A stretch of DNA of 52,732 nucleotides from a virus (taxonomy: Duplodnaviria; Caudoviricetes), in IMG/VR virus record IMGVR_UViG_3300017913_000199, positions 1 to 52,732 of that record; one strand, given 5' to 3'. This document shows positions 1 to 9,346 of the stretch, piece after piece. Within the stretch, counting starts at the first letter, position 1. Each line of letters begins with the position of its first letter. The notes below the pieces were generated by a model, which did no database searches, was not told the DNA's origin, and worked only from the letters and a program-made list of their open reading frames with translations. The position numbers and the translations under genes are program-made.

Positions 1-141
1 CCTAGTCCGCCATAGCCATCGCTTTGTGCTTCACTACCATCGGAAGCACCACCCCCTGTGTGACCGCCGCCACCGCCACTATTTGTTCCGGGATCTCTTC
101 CAGTTTCCATGCCTAGCCCAGTAGCAGATCCCATCCCCGGC
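1..141. repeat. 141-bp terminal overlap identical to 52592-52732 (assembly circularisation)
   Basis: Exact match of both contig ends; it falls inside a continuous ORF. Confidence 0.95.
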
Positions 142-1187
142 CCAATACCAGCACCTGCCTTAGAACTTCCTAAGTCTGCGGCACTTTGTCCACCAGAATA
201 TCCAAATTCTCCGGGTCGAGCAGTTTTTCCTACATCAAATGTTGGAGCTTTTGCAGTGTCAGTCCACGTTTTTGTCTTGTAATCAAACGCACGTACAGGA
301 ACCGGTAATCCGGTTCTTGAATCTATTGATGTTGCAACCCCGCTAAATGCGCCTCCATACCCACCAAAAATACCCCCTGTTCCTCCTGCGCTTGTATCCC
401 AACCGTATAAGTCTGTAGCAACAGCAGAAGTTATATTTGGTAAACCATACGTAGCTTGAGGAGACAAACCCATAGCAACAGACCGTGCAGGGCCATACGT
501 TGTTACAGTAGAAGATAGTAAAGCATTTGTGATTGCGTCTTTATAGTCAGACATAGAAACTATTCCGGGCGGACTTCCTATATTACCACTTAGAGTATAA
601 CCTTCAACGTTAAATCCAAGAGCACTTGCAATTTTACCCCCTATAGTATCGGCTGTCGGTTTAACTCCTACGAGTTGATTGCCCAGTAAACCTGCACTAT
701 AATCCTTGTTCTGAGACTTTGATGCTATATCCGTCAGGTTTGCCATGTTAAGCTCATACCCAAGCTCCGACAAAGGACCAAAAATTCCGGGCATCATTGC
801 GCCTATCGCTTGTGATGCCCCCGTAGCTCTAACTGTTCCTGTTAAGGGATTTAATGCAGTAGGAAAACCAAAGTAAGATTCTACTCTATCAGATACATAA
901 TCCTTTATAGCATCTACATACCCCGATAGAGAAGAGGTAGCGGGTGTAGCGGAAGGAGCGGAAGGAGTGGAAGGAGTGGAAGGAGTGGGAGTTGTCGGTG
1001 CACTATCTTCACCCCCCACATCTCTTTCAACTGTTGTACCAACTTCGGCTGTTGCAGCGGCTCTGCCCGTTCCTATGGGACCTATAGGAAACCCCCTGCC
1101 TCTTCTACCTCTAGGGGCAAAACCCCCCTCTACACTTCTTATAGTGTAGGGAAGCACTCTCAACCCTAGTGAAGAATAGTCCGCCAT
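1..1187 (-). CDS. N-terminal part of a ~740-aa putative virion protein that continues across the junction into 52591..51556
   Basis: ATG at 1187 (MADYSSLGLRV...) is in frame with the ATG at 134 (=52725); includes a PST-repeat low-complexity stretch at about 950-990. Confidence 0.8.
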   Translation of the reverse strand, partial: MADYSSLGLRVLPYTIRSVEGGFAPRGRRGRGFPIGPIGTGRAAATAEVGTTVERDVGGEDSAPTTPTPSTPSTPSAPSATPATSSLSGYVDAIKDYVSDRVESYFGFPTALNPLTGTVRATGASQAIGAMMPGIFGPLSELGYELNMANLTDIASKSQNKDYSAGLLGNQLVGVKPTADTIGGKIASALGFNVEGYTLSGNIGSPPGIVSMSDYKDAITNALLSSTVTTYGPARSVAMGLSPQATYGLPNITSAVATDLYGWDTSAGGTGGIFGGYGGAFSGVATSIDSRTGLPVPVRAFDYKTKTWTDTAKAPTFDVGKTARPGEFGYSGGQSAADLGSSKAGAGIGPGMGSATGLGMETGRDPGTNSGGGGGHTGGGASDGSEAQSDGYGGL

Positions 1188-1418
1188 TTAAATGTCTCTA
1201 GCCTTTACTGCCGCGTTGTAGTCGTCTTTTAAGCCTTTAAGCGTTTCCAGTGAAGTTATCTTCCCCTGCAGCCGGAACACTTCCAGTTCCGATCTGGCCC
1301 CCACCAACGCCCGAAGCGTCATCTGGATTTGCTCCTGCAGGAGCGTTTCCAGACTGTTCCATGCTTCCTTGTTGGTCACCAACGGGCTGACCTTCCGGGC
1401 CTGTTCCTTGTTGAGCAT
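1188..1418 (-). CDS. Small hypothetical protein downstream of portal
   Basis: 76-aa helical ORF overlapping the portal 3' end and abutting the next start. Confidence 0.7.
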   Translation of the reverse strand: MLNKEQARKVSPLVTNKEAWNSLETLLQEQIQMTLRALVGARSELEVFRLQGKITSLETLKGLKDDYNAAVKARDI

Positions 1419-3339
1419 TAGCTGCTAGTCCTTTCAGCATTTCGGCAAAGATTTGTGCTTCGTTTACATCGTTGACCAAGCTGTCAGGATCGATATCCTG
1501 TGCAATTGCAAGTTCGCGCATCAAATTAGGTATCTTGATGAACGGTGCCAGCATGGGGTTGGATACGGTCTGTAGCAGGGTGGTTAGTCTCTGACTACGA
1601 ACTTCTTTTTGCATCACAGCAGCAACGCCGCGAGGCTTAATTTCTAAATCACCTTCAATGTCTGGTGCATCTTCGTTAAACTGCATGTTCCATTGAAAAT
1701 ACGCTTCGCCCAGTGGCTTTAGCAGTGCATCATCAATGTTCTTAATTACAGTCTTTAGGGATAAGCTTGCGCCACCTAGAAGCATTGATAAGCCGGATGC
1801 TGTGCGTCCTGTACCACTAACGCCTGTCTGTCCGTGCATAATAGAAGGCAGTCCAGTCTCTTCGTCAGCAAGCTGTCGGCTAATCTGATACATCTGAATG
1901 TTTTCAGGTGCTGTATTAGGAAACTTTAAGCCGTTAACTGCCGTACCAGATACCCCAGATTGACGACGAAAAATCTTGCCGGGGAATATATCCATGTTCT
2001 GTCCGGGAACCAAGCTTGCTTCATCTACGTCAAGAACTAAGTTACCAGCAAGGGCTAAGTTGTCGATTGCCATCCGAACGTGACCGTTCATCAACATCTG
2101 TGCATCTTCCATGTTTTCTGCTACGCCAACACCCCACATTTGATAGGGGTTAATTTCGTAAGGGAATACATGAAAAGGGATACGAGCAGGGGTAAACGGA
2201 TTTAATACGCAGCGAATAACTTCATCCCCGCAAATCCATACATTGACCTGTACTTGATCCATCGGCCCCATACTAACGGGTACGTCCATACCGACTTCAT
2301 TAGCCATCTTTGCGTCTAAAACACCCCAGTATTCTAGAACTTCAAAACGATTTTCTTGATAGTACGCTTCCGTTTCATCTTCACGAATAGTATCTTCATA
2401 GTATTTATCTATGTAGTTTGAGCCTTTTGCAATTACGTCTTCGATAGCTTCTTTGTAAAAGTATGGATGATTGATAAGCCCACGAAGCTGCTGCCTATTC
2501 ATACGGTGTCGTTGGATGACGTATTCCGCGTCTTCTATGCTTGTTGCAGAAGGATCGGGGTGAAAGTCCCATACAGAAACGTGCTCTAAACGAGGTACGA
2601 TTTTTTCGTAAGGATTGTACTCCCTGTTTCCTTCTTCGTTCTTTTCCCACCTGTGCACACGCTTGTAAAAGTTAAACGGTCCTTTTACAATACCTGTACC
2701 CAATAGTGCAGATTCAAAAATAGCACTGCGAAATACATTTACAGCACTGGTATCCAGTAGCTGATCGTGAATTTGCTTTTCCATGTTTAGGGCGGCTTTT
2801 TGAGCAGGGGAAATCTGAGGCTCCCCCATTAAAGCCGGACCTTGTGCTAATGGTGCACCGTTATACCTGTCCTTCAATCCACCTAAGAAGTCTCCTGCAG
2901 GTGATGCTTCCAGTGCTCCCGGCTCTAAGGTTCTACCATCGCCTTCATACCCATAAGGATCAACAATATCATCTAAGGGCGTTTTTAAGTGAGCGAATTC
3001 TGCAATACCTTCAGGCACAGGTGTAGGTTCGATAACAAGCGGAAACTTTTTATTCGCAAACAAAATGTCAATGATCTGCCCGTATGCAGCAAGAACTTTT
3101 GTTTTGGTAATCTTGATGAATACCTTTGAACGTTCGGTTTCACGATACTGTGTTGTAGAATCGTAAATACCTCTGAAATTCTTAAACGCTTTTAGCCAAC
3201 GCTGTTCGTAAGCGTAACGCCCGTTTTCAGAATCTTCAAACTTTTTGCGAATATAGCCAGCAAGACCCGGCATATCCCCTTCAGGATCAATAACCGCTAC
3301 CTGATCATCATCTGGTGGTTGTAGGAAATTTTCAGACAT
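1237..3339 (-). CDS. Portal (head-tail connector) protein
   Basis: 700 aa, podovirus portal-like sequence (FESALLGTGIVKGP, WGVGVAENMEDAQ, PGKIF), located after terL. Confidence 0.9.
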   Translation of the reverse strand: MSENFLQPPDDDQVAVIDPEGDMPGLAGYIRKKFEDSENGRYAYEQRWLKAFKNFRGIYDSTTQYRETERSKVFIKITKTKVLAAYGQIIDILFANKKFPLVIEPTPVPEGIAEFAHLKTPLDDIVDPYGYEGDGRTLEPGALEASPAGDFLGGLKDRYNGAPLAQGPALMGEPQISPAQKAALNMEKQIHDQLLDTSAVNVFRSAIFESALLGTGIVKGPFNFYKRVHRWEKNEEGNREYNPYEKIVPRLEHVSVWDFHPDPSATSIEDAEYVIQRHRMNRQQLRGLINHPYFYKEAIEDVIAKGSNYIDKYYEDTIREDETEAYYQENRFEVLEYWGVLDAKMANEVGMDVPVSMGPMDQVQVNVWICGDEVIRCVLNPFTPARIPFHVFPYEINPYQMWGVGVAENMEDAQMLMNGHVRMAIDNLALAGNLVLDVDEASLVPGQNMDIFPGKIFRRQSGVSGTAVNGLKFPNTAPENIQMYQISRQLADEETGLPSIMHGQTGVSGTGRTASGLSMLLGGASLSLKTVIKNIDDALLKPLGEAYFQWNMQFNEDAPDIEGDLEIKPRGVAAVMQKEVRSQRLTTLLQTVSNPMLAPFIKIPNLMRELAIAQDIDPDSLVNDVNEAQIFAEMLKGLAANAQQGTGPEGQPVGDQQGSMEQSGNAPAGANPDDASGVGGGQIGTGSVPAAGEDNFTGNA

Positions 3340-3347
3340 AGGTGTCC

Positions 3348-3557
3348 TTAATAGTCGCGTTCTTCAGCCAATTTCATTACTGAAGGATCAACTGCTTTCT
3401 TTGTCATCTTCTTTGGCATGTCTTCAGTCAAAACACCTTGCTTTGCTTTGGTGTCGAACTCAAGACCTTCCCGATACAGTTTGTTGCAGCCCATCATGTC
3501 GTCAACATTAGTTTTGTCGCTGTTCATAATGTAAGCTGGACCCATATTCATGTTCAT
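3348..3557 (-). CDS. Hypothetical protein
   Basis: 69-aa ORF with GGAG RBS filling the gap before portal. Confidence 0.75.
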   Translation of the reverse strand: MNMNMGPAYIMNSDKTNVDDMMGCNKLYREGLEFDTKAKQGVLTEDMPKKMTKKAVDPSVMKLAEERDY

Positions 3558-3573
3558 GGTTTAGTCTCCCAAT

Positions 3574-5592
3574 TTATGGTGTGTAGGAAATGAAGCCTGT
3601 TGCATCTTCCCCAGAACGAGCGGCTCCTCTCGCTTGGCGTAATCTTTCTGGATTAGAAAGAAAAGAAGTAGGTACGTTTTGCACAGCATCCGGTACCCTC
3701 TGTCTTCTTTGAAAAGGTTCACTTTCTGTAATCTGTATTCTTGGCAGGTTATTTGTATTTGGCTGTAAAGATGGTGCAGGGGGTGCAAGAGATGGCACTG
3801 TAGGGGCGGAAGCTGCACCGGGTTCAGGCTGTCTTGCACGAGCGGCCTGTATCATACTAGGTTCTTCAGGAATTGCTTGTGCAACTGAAACAACGTCACT
3901 AGGAGCAATCGGAAGAAACTCTGTAGCCCCTGCTGCTACTCCTGCTGCACCAGCTATTGGAGCAGGTAATCCTAATGCTTCTGCTTGTTGCGTAACTGCG
4001 CTACGAGTTTGTTCTGCAGCGATAGCAGCCATACCATAGCCAACAGGGGGTAAGATAACTTTTAACGGCCCTTTGAGTGGCTTTGCCATGTTAAGAGCCT
4101 TTGCAAGAAAGTCCTCGCCTGATGCAACTTGGGCTGCTTTCTTTTGTCCTGACCGCGCTTCTGCAAGTTTACGTTCTGCTTCGACGATCTCTGGTGCACG
4201 TTCTGCACGTTCTATCATCTTAGCTTCTGCTGCTGCAGACTTTTCCTGTGCAGCTAGTTCGGCTGTGGCTGCAGCCTCTGCAGTCTTTGCTGCCCGAAGC
4301 TGTTCACCCTGTGCAATCTCTTCCGGTGTCGCTACTCTGGTTTCTACAGGTGCGCCAGACGGACGTGCAAGGGCTTCTGTTTCTGGGTAGTCTGCGTTAA
4401 AATCTTCAGGTAGATCTAAGCGAAGTGCTTCCCCCAATCCTTTTGCATCAGAAGCACCGACAGCATCTGCCATCATTTTTTCGTAGGCAAGAAGTATTTC
4501 GCCGCGCTGCTGTAAGCCACCAATGTCTTCTACATCAGTATAGTAGCCTGTCATAACTTTGTCAAGTAAACTATCGCCCCCACCTTTGTGGCTGATAATT
4601 TCACTTGCTAAGTCAGGACGACCAAGTTGGTTTGCAATGGCAGAAGCAGTGATACGTCGTAGATCTGTATAGCCAGAAGGTTTAGTTAATAGCTTGTCTT
4701 GTACTTCTTTTGGTATCTTTGGAAAAACGTGTTTCTTTAAAGCTGCAGATATCTTTCCTGTAGACATATCTGGAAAGAGTTCGCCTGTATCTCCTGCAGC
4801 ATCGAAACGACGATCTAAAATTGCACGAAGAACTGGACCTGCAGGTTTATCTGGCCCTTTTCCTTTACGACCCCCGCCTGTAGCTACTTCTGGATCACGA
4901 GCGATACCTGCTTCTCTGTCGTAGTATGGACGTGCAGGACTAACTCGTACTGCAAGGTCGCGGCTTGTACGCATACCTGCTAAGTCTTCTCCCCGATAGC
5001 CAAGAAGGGACGCCATAACAGCATCCCTTGTAACTGGATCAGGAATATCGCCTATGCCTTCCAAAACCGACTGGAGAACTTCTGGCGGTATGGCACCTTT
5101 TGCAAGTTTGCGGGTGCCTTTTGCAGCACCTGTACGAGACAGCTTTAAGTCGGTTACATTTGTTGTTGCTGTTCTAAACGGACGAACAATATTCTTTCGT
5201 ATGTCGTCGCCAATACCCCCTGTCGGTGACTTAGACAATTCTTCAAATGAATCGAACGGCTGATCTAAATCGATTTCTTTTTTAGATAGCTTTGCAAGGT
5301 TGTTTGAAATGCCCAGAGTATTACGGGCAGGACCAATTACCTCACGAGAAAATGCAGTATTAAACTTGTTGTAAAATTCTTTTGTATCGTCTAGTTCAGC
5401 AAGAAGGGGTTCATTAGGAACACCATCATTATACATCTTTGCAATAAAAGCATCACGGATAGTATAGTTACCCGTGTCGATACGCTGCTTTACTTCTTCT
5501 AGGGAAGGGATGTTACCATCAGGAAACAGGTTTGTTTGTACCTGACGAAAAGCATCTACAACCTTTTGTTCGTTTTTGGTTAGTTGTGCCAT
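3574..5592 (-). CDS. Tyrosine recombinase-like protein with long C-terminal extension
   Basis: Motifs in catalytic order: LLGYRGEDL (R), RKGK (K), YTDLRR (HxxR-like, H replaced by T), IISHK (H), TGYY (Y). Confidence 0.7.
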   Translation of the reverse strand: MAQLTKNEQKVVDAFRQVQTNLFPDGNIPSLEEVKQRIDTGNYTIRDAFIAKMYNDGVPNEPLLAELDDTKEFYNKFNTAFSREVIGPARNTLGISNNLAKLSKKEIDLDQPFDSFEELSKSPTGGIGDDIRKNIVRPFRTATTNVTDLKLSRTGAAKGTRKLAKGAIPPEVLQSVLEGIGDIPDPVTRDAVMASLLGYRGEDLAGMRTSRDLAVRVSPARPYYDREAGIARDPEVATGGGRKGKGPDKPAGPVLRAILDRRFDAAGDTGELFPDMSTGKISAALKKHVFPKIPKEVQDKLLTKPSGYTDLRRITASAIANQLGRPDLASEIISHKGGGDSLLDKVMTGYYTDVEDIGGLQQRGEILLAYEKMMADAVGASDAKGLGEALRLDLPEDFNADYPETEALARPSGAPVETRVATPEEIAQGEQLRAAKTAEAAATAELAAQEKSAAAEAKMIERAERAPEIVEAERKLAEARSGQKKAAQVASGEDFLAKALNMAKPLKGPLKVILPPVGYGMAAIAAEQTRSAVTQQAEALGLPAPIAGAAGVAAGATEFLPIAPSDVVSVAQAIPEEPSMIQAARARQPEPGAASAPTVPSLAPPAPSLQPNTNNLPRIQITESEPFQRRQRVPDAVQNVPTSFLSNPERLRQARGAARSGEDATGFISYTP

Positions 5593-5595
5593 TGA

Positions 5596-7266
5596 TTAGT
5601 ATCCGAATACTTCGTCTTGTGCTTTGTACACGTGGTTTTTGATTGCACCTAGTTGTTGATGTATTGCAGAGTATCCACTCATCCGTGTCATCACCATGTA
5701 TCGTAGTGCGTCGTATGCGTGGTCTTCAGCCTTCGTGTCTACGTCTTCGCTATTCGTTTTTGATAGAGGTATTCCCGCAAGCTGCTTAATGGTATGCTGG
5801 CAGGTAGAAAATACTCGTAAGCGTGGTTCTTCTGTGTACGGATCATTGCCTAATCTTCTGTGGATTTCCATCTTACCTTGAATACGGTTACGATCAGATG
5901 GCGTCCAGCGTACACCGCAACGCATCATTGTTTCTGCTATAGATGGGCCGAAACCTGTTTTGTTCCAACAAGACGAATCCAAAACAGTGTAGTGGGGTAA
6001 AGGATCTAATTCCTCTACTTCTAGTATTCTATCAGCTAAATCTTCTGCTGTCAAGTGTTTTGCGTATAACTCACGATAGACCCAAATATTATTATCCCAA
6101 TCAATAGCACCCCAAAGAACTGCAGACGGGGACGAATAGCCATAGTCCGCTGCTCTAATGCGAGGCCAATTGGTAGGTAATTCGAAAGGTTCGACAACGT
6201 GTCTACTCCGTGAAAACTCTGGGAAGGCCGCTCCCTCTGCCACATCCCAATCCCCCTCTAGAAGTCTCTTCCGCTCAACTTCTGGGAGCGAACGCAACAT
6301 GGCTTCGTATTGTCCGTCAGCCATGAGGTGGGGATTATCAGTCAACCGTGCAGGAACAAACTTGCGGTAGAACAACGGCTGACCTGCCTTCTCGTGACCT
6401 TTAGGCCACACAAAGGGCTTCATTGTATCTATGTCGTACGCAGCAAACGCTTCGTTTTCTGTGCGTGAGTCGATGTACATTTTCTTAACCCACCAGCCAC
6501 CGACGCCGCCGGGGTTGGCTGTACAACGCATGTATAGATTGTTTTGAAGTTCAGGATCTGTGGAACGTAGTCTAGAACGTAAATAGTCCCAGACGTAAGG
6601 GGTTGGGTATTGGGTTATTTCGTCTATGCCTATCCAGTTAAACGCCTGACCCTGAAAACGGGTTACGTCTTTATCCCTGTCTAGGTAGGTAAACCAAATC
6701 GTGGCACCTGATGGAAAGACCCACGTTGATTTTGATTCGCGGAACTTTGCTCCGGGGAACGCCTTTGTATATAGTTGGCGTGATTTGTCTATCAGTTCGG
6801 TTAGTTCGTCGAGGGTGCGTCTTAGAAGAAGACCCCGGTGATTGGGATTATGGCAATAGCGTAGGGGATCAGCAAGTAGAGCAAATGACTTACCACCGCC
6901 AGCCGCTCCCCCATATAGGACATCTCGCTCACCCGCTGAAAGAAACTCTTCTTGAGGACCGGGGTTAGCTTGGAAAACAACTTCAGAATCACCAACAAGG
7001 TCGGAAACGGATGGGGGTAGAACGGCGAGATCTCCCTCATCGATGACGTTTGTTCCTTTTCCAGTGACTCCCTTTTCAACTCTTCCAATTGTTTCTTCCA
7101 GCTTTCGGGCATAACTTCTTTGTGCTTCCGCTTTCTTTGTAGCTTGTGTAGCTTTCTTCCTTGCGGCCCGTAGACGCTTCTGTGCCCCACGACGGGCACG
7201 TTCAGCGGTGGACAATTGATAGGTTCGTTTAGTCTTTTTCGGCTGAACCGTTTGCTTTTCTGCCAC
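5596..7266 (-). CDS. terL: Terminase large subunit
   Basis: Walker A GGAAGGGKS, Walker B IGIDE, TANPGG, nuclease AADYG and DHAYDALRY; probable GTG start at 7266. Confidence 0.95.
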   Translation of the reverse strand: MAEKQTVQPKKTKRTYQLSTAERARRGAQKRLRAARKKATQATKKAEAQRSYARKLEETIGRVEKGVTGKGTNVIDEGDLAVLPPSVSDLVGDSEVVFQANPGPQEEFLSAGERDVLYGGAAGGGKSFALLADPLRYCHNPNHRGLLLRRTLDELTELIDKSRQLYTKAFPGAKFRESKSTWVFPSGATIWFTYLDRDKDVTRFQGQAFNWIGIDEITQYPTPYVWDYLRSRLRSTDPELQNNLYMRCTANPGGVGGWWVKKMYIDSRTENEAFAAYDIDTMKPFVWPKGHEKAGQPLFYRKFVPARLTDNPHLMADGQYEAMLRSLPEVERKRLLEGDWDVAEGAAFPEFSRSRHVVEPFELPTNWPRIRAADYGYSSPSAVLWGAIDWDNNIWVYRELYAKHLTAEDLADRILEVEELDPLPHYTVLDSSCWNKTGFGPSIAETMMRCGVRWTPSDRNRIQGKMEIHRRLGNDPYTEEPRLRVFSTCQHTIKQLAGIPLSKTNSEDVDTKAEDHAYDALRYMVMTRMSGYSAIHQQLGAIKNHVYKAQDEVFGY

Positions 7267-7546
7267 GATGCTTCCTTGCTTGCCCAATCAAAACACTAAG
7301 TTCTTTTGAAAATTCTGTTCCGGTCATCCCGTCTGGTACACGGATAGCATCTCCACGACGCATAGCTTCTTTGATTGCTTCCTCTGCTGATAGTTTAATC
7401 AGCCCTTCTTTATCACGACGAATAGTGGGAGCAACGTACTCTATGTCATCTTGTTCAAAACTAATGGTGCGAACAGTTTCGTTTGCATATGTAGCTGGGG
7501 TAGATGGGTCCATCGCTCGTGCCAACCATGCTGGACGTTCAGCCAT
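7229..7546 (-). CDS. Hypothetical protein with C-terminal RGRKANGSAEK motif
   Basis: ORF with RBS; motif shared with neighbours. Confidence 0.75.
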   Translation of the reverse strand: MAERPAWLARAMDPSTPATYANETVRTISFEQDDIEYVAPTIRRDKEGLIKLSAEEAIKEAMRRGDAIRVPDGMTGTEFSKELSVLIGQARKHRGRKANGSAEKD

Positions 7547-7561
7547 CGATAACTACCCCAC

Positions 7562-8032
7562 CTATGCCTTTGAGCCGTCTGCTTTTCTGCCACGATGAAC
7601 CTTTCCACCGTAGTTGTAAGCGGGTGTACTGCTAAACATACCTATAAATGCACCTATACCGGGTATAGACTTCAAGCCTATGCTTTTTGCAATGCTTGTG
7701 GCTGTCTTCGGTTTCAAGTCTTTTAGGATATTCTTTTGTTCGTTTATGTAAGCAGTTCGTACTTTACGGTCTTCTGTACTGAGGTTAGAAGGCTTAATTT
7801 TTTGTAACTGCGCCAAGCGCGTTTCTGCTGCAGCTTTTCTAGCCTTGTTTCTTCCTTGAGAAGTTTTCTCTTTACGGGTTTCGGCACGTTGTCTCTGTAT
7901 ATCCCTGCTTCTGTTACGCCGCTTATTTTCTTGTCTCGCGCTAATAGCTTCAGTAGCAGCTATTGCTCCTACCGCACCAGTCATTGCTCCAGCGTATCCT
8001 AACGCTTCTTTTTCTTTTCTACTAAGTTCCAT
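7562..8032 (-). CDS. Basic hypothetical protein with C-terminal YGGKVHRGRKADGS motif
   Basis: ORF with GAGG RBS. Confidence 0.75.
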   Translation of the reverse strand: MELSRKEKEALGYAGAMTGAVGAIAATEAISARQENKRRNRSRDIQRQRAETRKEKTSQGRNKARKAAAETRLAQLQKIKPSNLSTEDRKVRTAYINEQKNILKDLKPKTATSIAKSIGLKSIPGIGAFIGMFSSTPAYNYGGKVHRGRKADGSKA

Positions 8033-8048
8033 CGATAACTACCTCTAC

Positions 8049-8513
8049 CTATACCTTATAGTTTGCTCTGCGTCCGCGACAGGCTTTACCACCGTACTTC
8101 ATATCTGTACGTTCTTTTGGTGCGGGTCTACGTGCAGGGTTTCTTTTGGGAACTTTCATTCCCAACTCTGTGCTATAACCTTTTGTTGCGCCGGGGTGTG
8201 TTAAATCTGTCTTAAATTTATTTGCTTCAGCCCTACGCTTTTTCATAGTTGTTTCTTTTTTGTCTTTTATATTAAGCATAGGCTGCTTAACTTTTGCGTA
8301 GGTTTCTGAATCAAACTCACGTAGACGAACATCTTTGTTGATAAGTCTGTTCCGTGACCTGTCTTTTGGTACAGCAGCTATGTTTTGGTTCTCTACAATC
8401 TTATCATAAACCTTTTTTTGTTTATCAGTAAGATTCTTCACTTCAGCAGCAGTTATCTTACGAAAGCCTTCATTAAACTTTGCGCGAGCCTTATCTTCAT
8501 CATCAAGAGCCAT
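8049..8513 (-). CDS. Basic hypothetical protein with C-terminal YGGKACRGRRAN motif
   Basis: ORF with GAGG RBS. Confidence 0.75.
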   Translation of the reverse strand: MALDDEDKARAKFNEGFRKITAAEVKNLTDKQKKVYDKIVENQNIAAVPKDRSRNRLINKDVRLREFDSETYAKVKQPMLNIKDKKETTMKKRRAEANKFKTDLTHPGATKGYSTELGMKVPKRNPARRPAPKERTDMKYGGKACRGRRANYKV

Positions 8514-8907
8514 CGATTACGACCTCTTTCTTCGGTGGCAACAGGACTACGCCGTGCACTGCCGTTACATTGTGATTGATTTGTTCCTGCTTTGCTACGC
8601 CGACGCGATTCAAAAGCGACTCAGCGGCTTTGAGGCGCAGGTCATCACCTCTTTCCGGGGCGGGGTTATCTATCGTCTGAATTACACGGTTAGCTGCCTT
8701 CATTGCGTTGGTAGCTAGGATGGTTTTGGTGCGTTCGATGATCTCATCTGCAAGTGTGGACTTGAGCCACGCTGCAGATCCACGAGAATACCCTGCATCG
8801 ATGGCAGCAGCAGTTACCTGACCGCCATTTTCAAATAGAAGTTCCAAGAACTGTTCCTGTTGCGGGGTCAATTCCTTCTTTTTGTGTGTCTGGGGGAGTA
8901 GATTCAT
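8503..8907 (-). CDS. terS: Terminase small subunit
   Basis: LTPQQEQFL...AAAIDAGYS HTH-like N-terminus, LKAAESLLNRVG, upstream of terL. Confidence 0.8.
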   Translation of the reverse strand: MNLLPQTHKKKELTPQQEQFLELLFENGGQVTAAAIDAGYSRGSAAWLKSTLADEIIERTKTILATNAMKAANRVIQTIDNPAPERGDDLRLKAAESLLNRVGVAKQEQINHNVTAVHGVVLLPPKKEVVIDGS

Positions 8908-9103
8908 CGTTGTTTTCCAAAACCGACTTACAGCGACTACGTATTACAACTTCGAATACCTGTCGCTCGTAAATGTACGTTGCCATTTCATCGTTTCGCA
9001 ACATACACTCTTTTTCTGTGGGGTATGGACCTTCTGTGTCGCGTATTTCACGGCACAAATCTGGTCCAGTAGCTAGGCAGACAAGAATCCAAGATTCAAA
9101 CAT
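8831..9103 (-). CDS. Small Cys-containing hypothetical protein
   Basis: First ORF after the late promoter; AGGA RBS. Confidence 0.65.
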   Translation of the reverse strand: MFESWILVCLATGPDLCREIRDTEGPYPTEKECMLRNDEMATYIYERQVFEVVIRSRCKSVLENNDESTPPDTQKEGIDPATGTVLGTSI

Positions 9104-9221
9104 GTCTGATTTCCTTTTTTATGTTGTGGGAAGGTTAGTTTGTAGCCTCAAACCCCTAATGTCAAGCATATTGTGTTGGTTTTTGCCGGGATGTGCTAAG
9201 TAAACCTCTGCCCACATCACA

Positions 9222-9250
9222 AGTATACCGTCTATAACTATGTAAGTCAA
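9222..9250 (-). promoter_or_regulatory. Sigma70-like promoter for the packaging/structural arm
   Basis: TTGACT-17bp-TATACT on the minus strand. Confidence 0.8.
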
Positions 9251-9311
9251 CAAGAATATACCCATAGGTTATCTTTTTTACTAAAAAAAATAAATTTGCC
9301 TACGAATATTC

Positions 9312-9340
9312 TTGACAAATCGGAAAATTACCTATACAAT
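9312..9340 (+). promoter_or_regulatory. Sigma70-like promoter driving a putative small RNA
   Basis: TTGACA-17bp-TACAAT with an A/T-rich upstream tract. Confidence 0.8.
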
Positions 9341-9346
9341 GGGGTT

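Noticed and set aside
1-141. 141-bp terminal direct repeat as the biological terminal repeat
   Set aside because: It lies mid-ORF and its length equals a common assembler maximum k-mer, so it is best read as circular overlap
950-992. GGAAGGAG(T/C) 9-bp tandem repeat and the plus-strand 60-aa ORF
   Set aside because: The repeat encodes a PST/PSA linker in the minus-strand gene; the plus-strand ORF is a shadow
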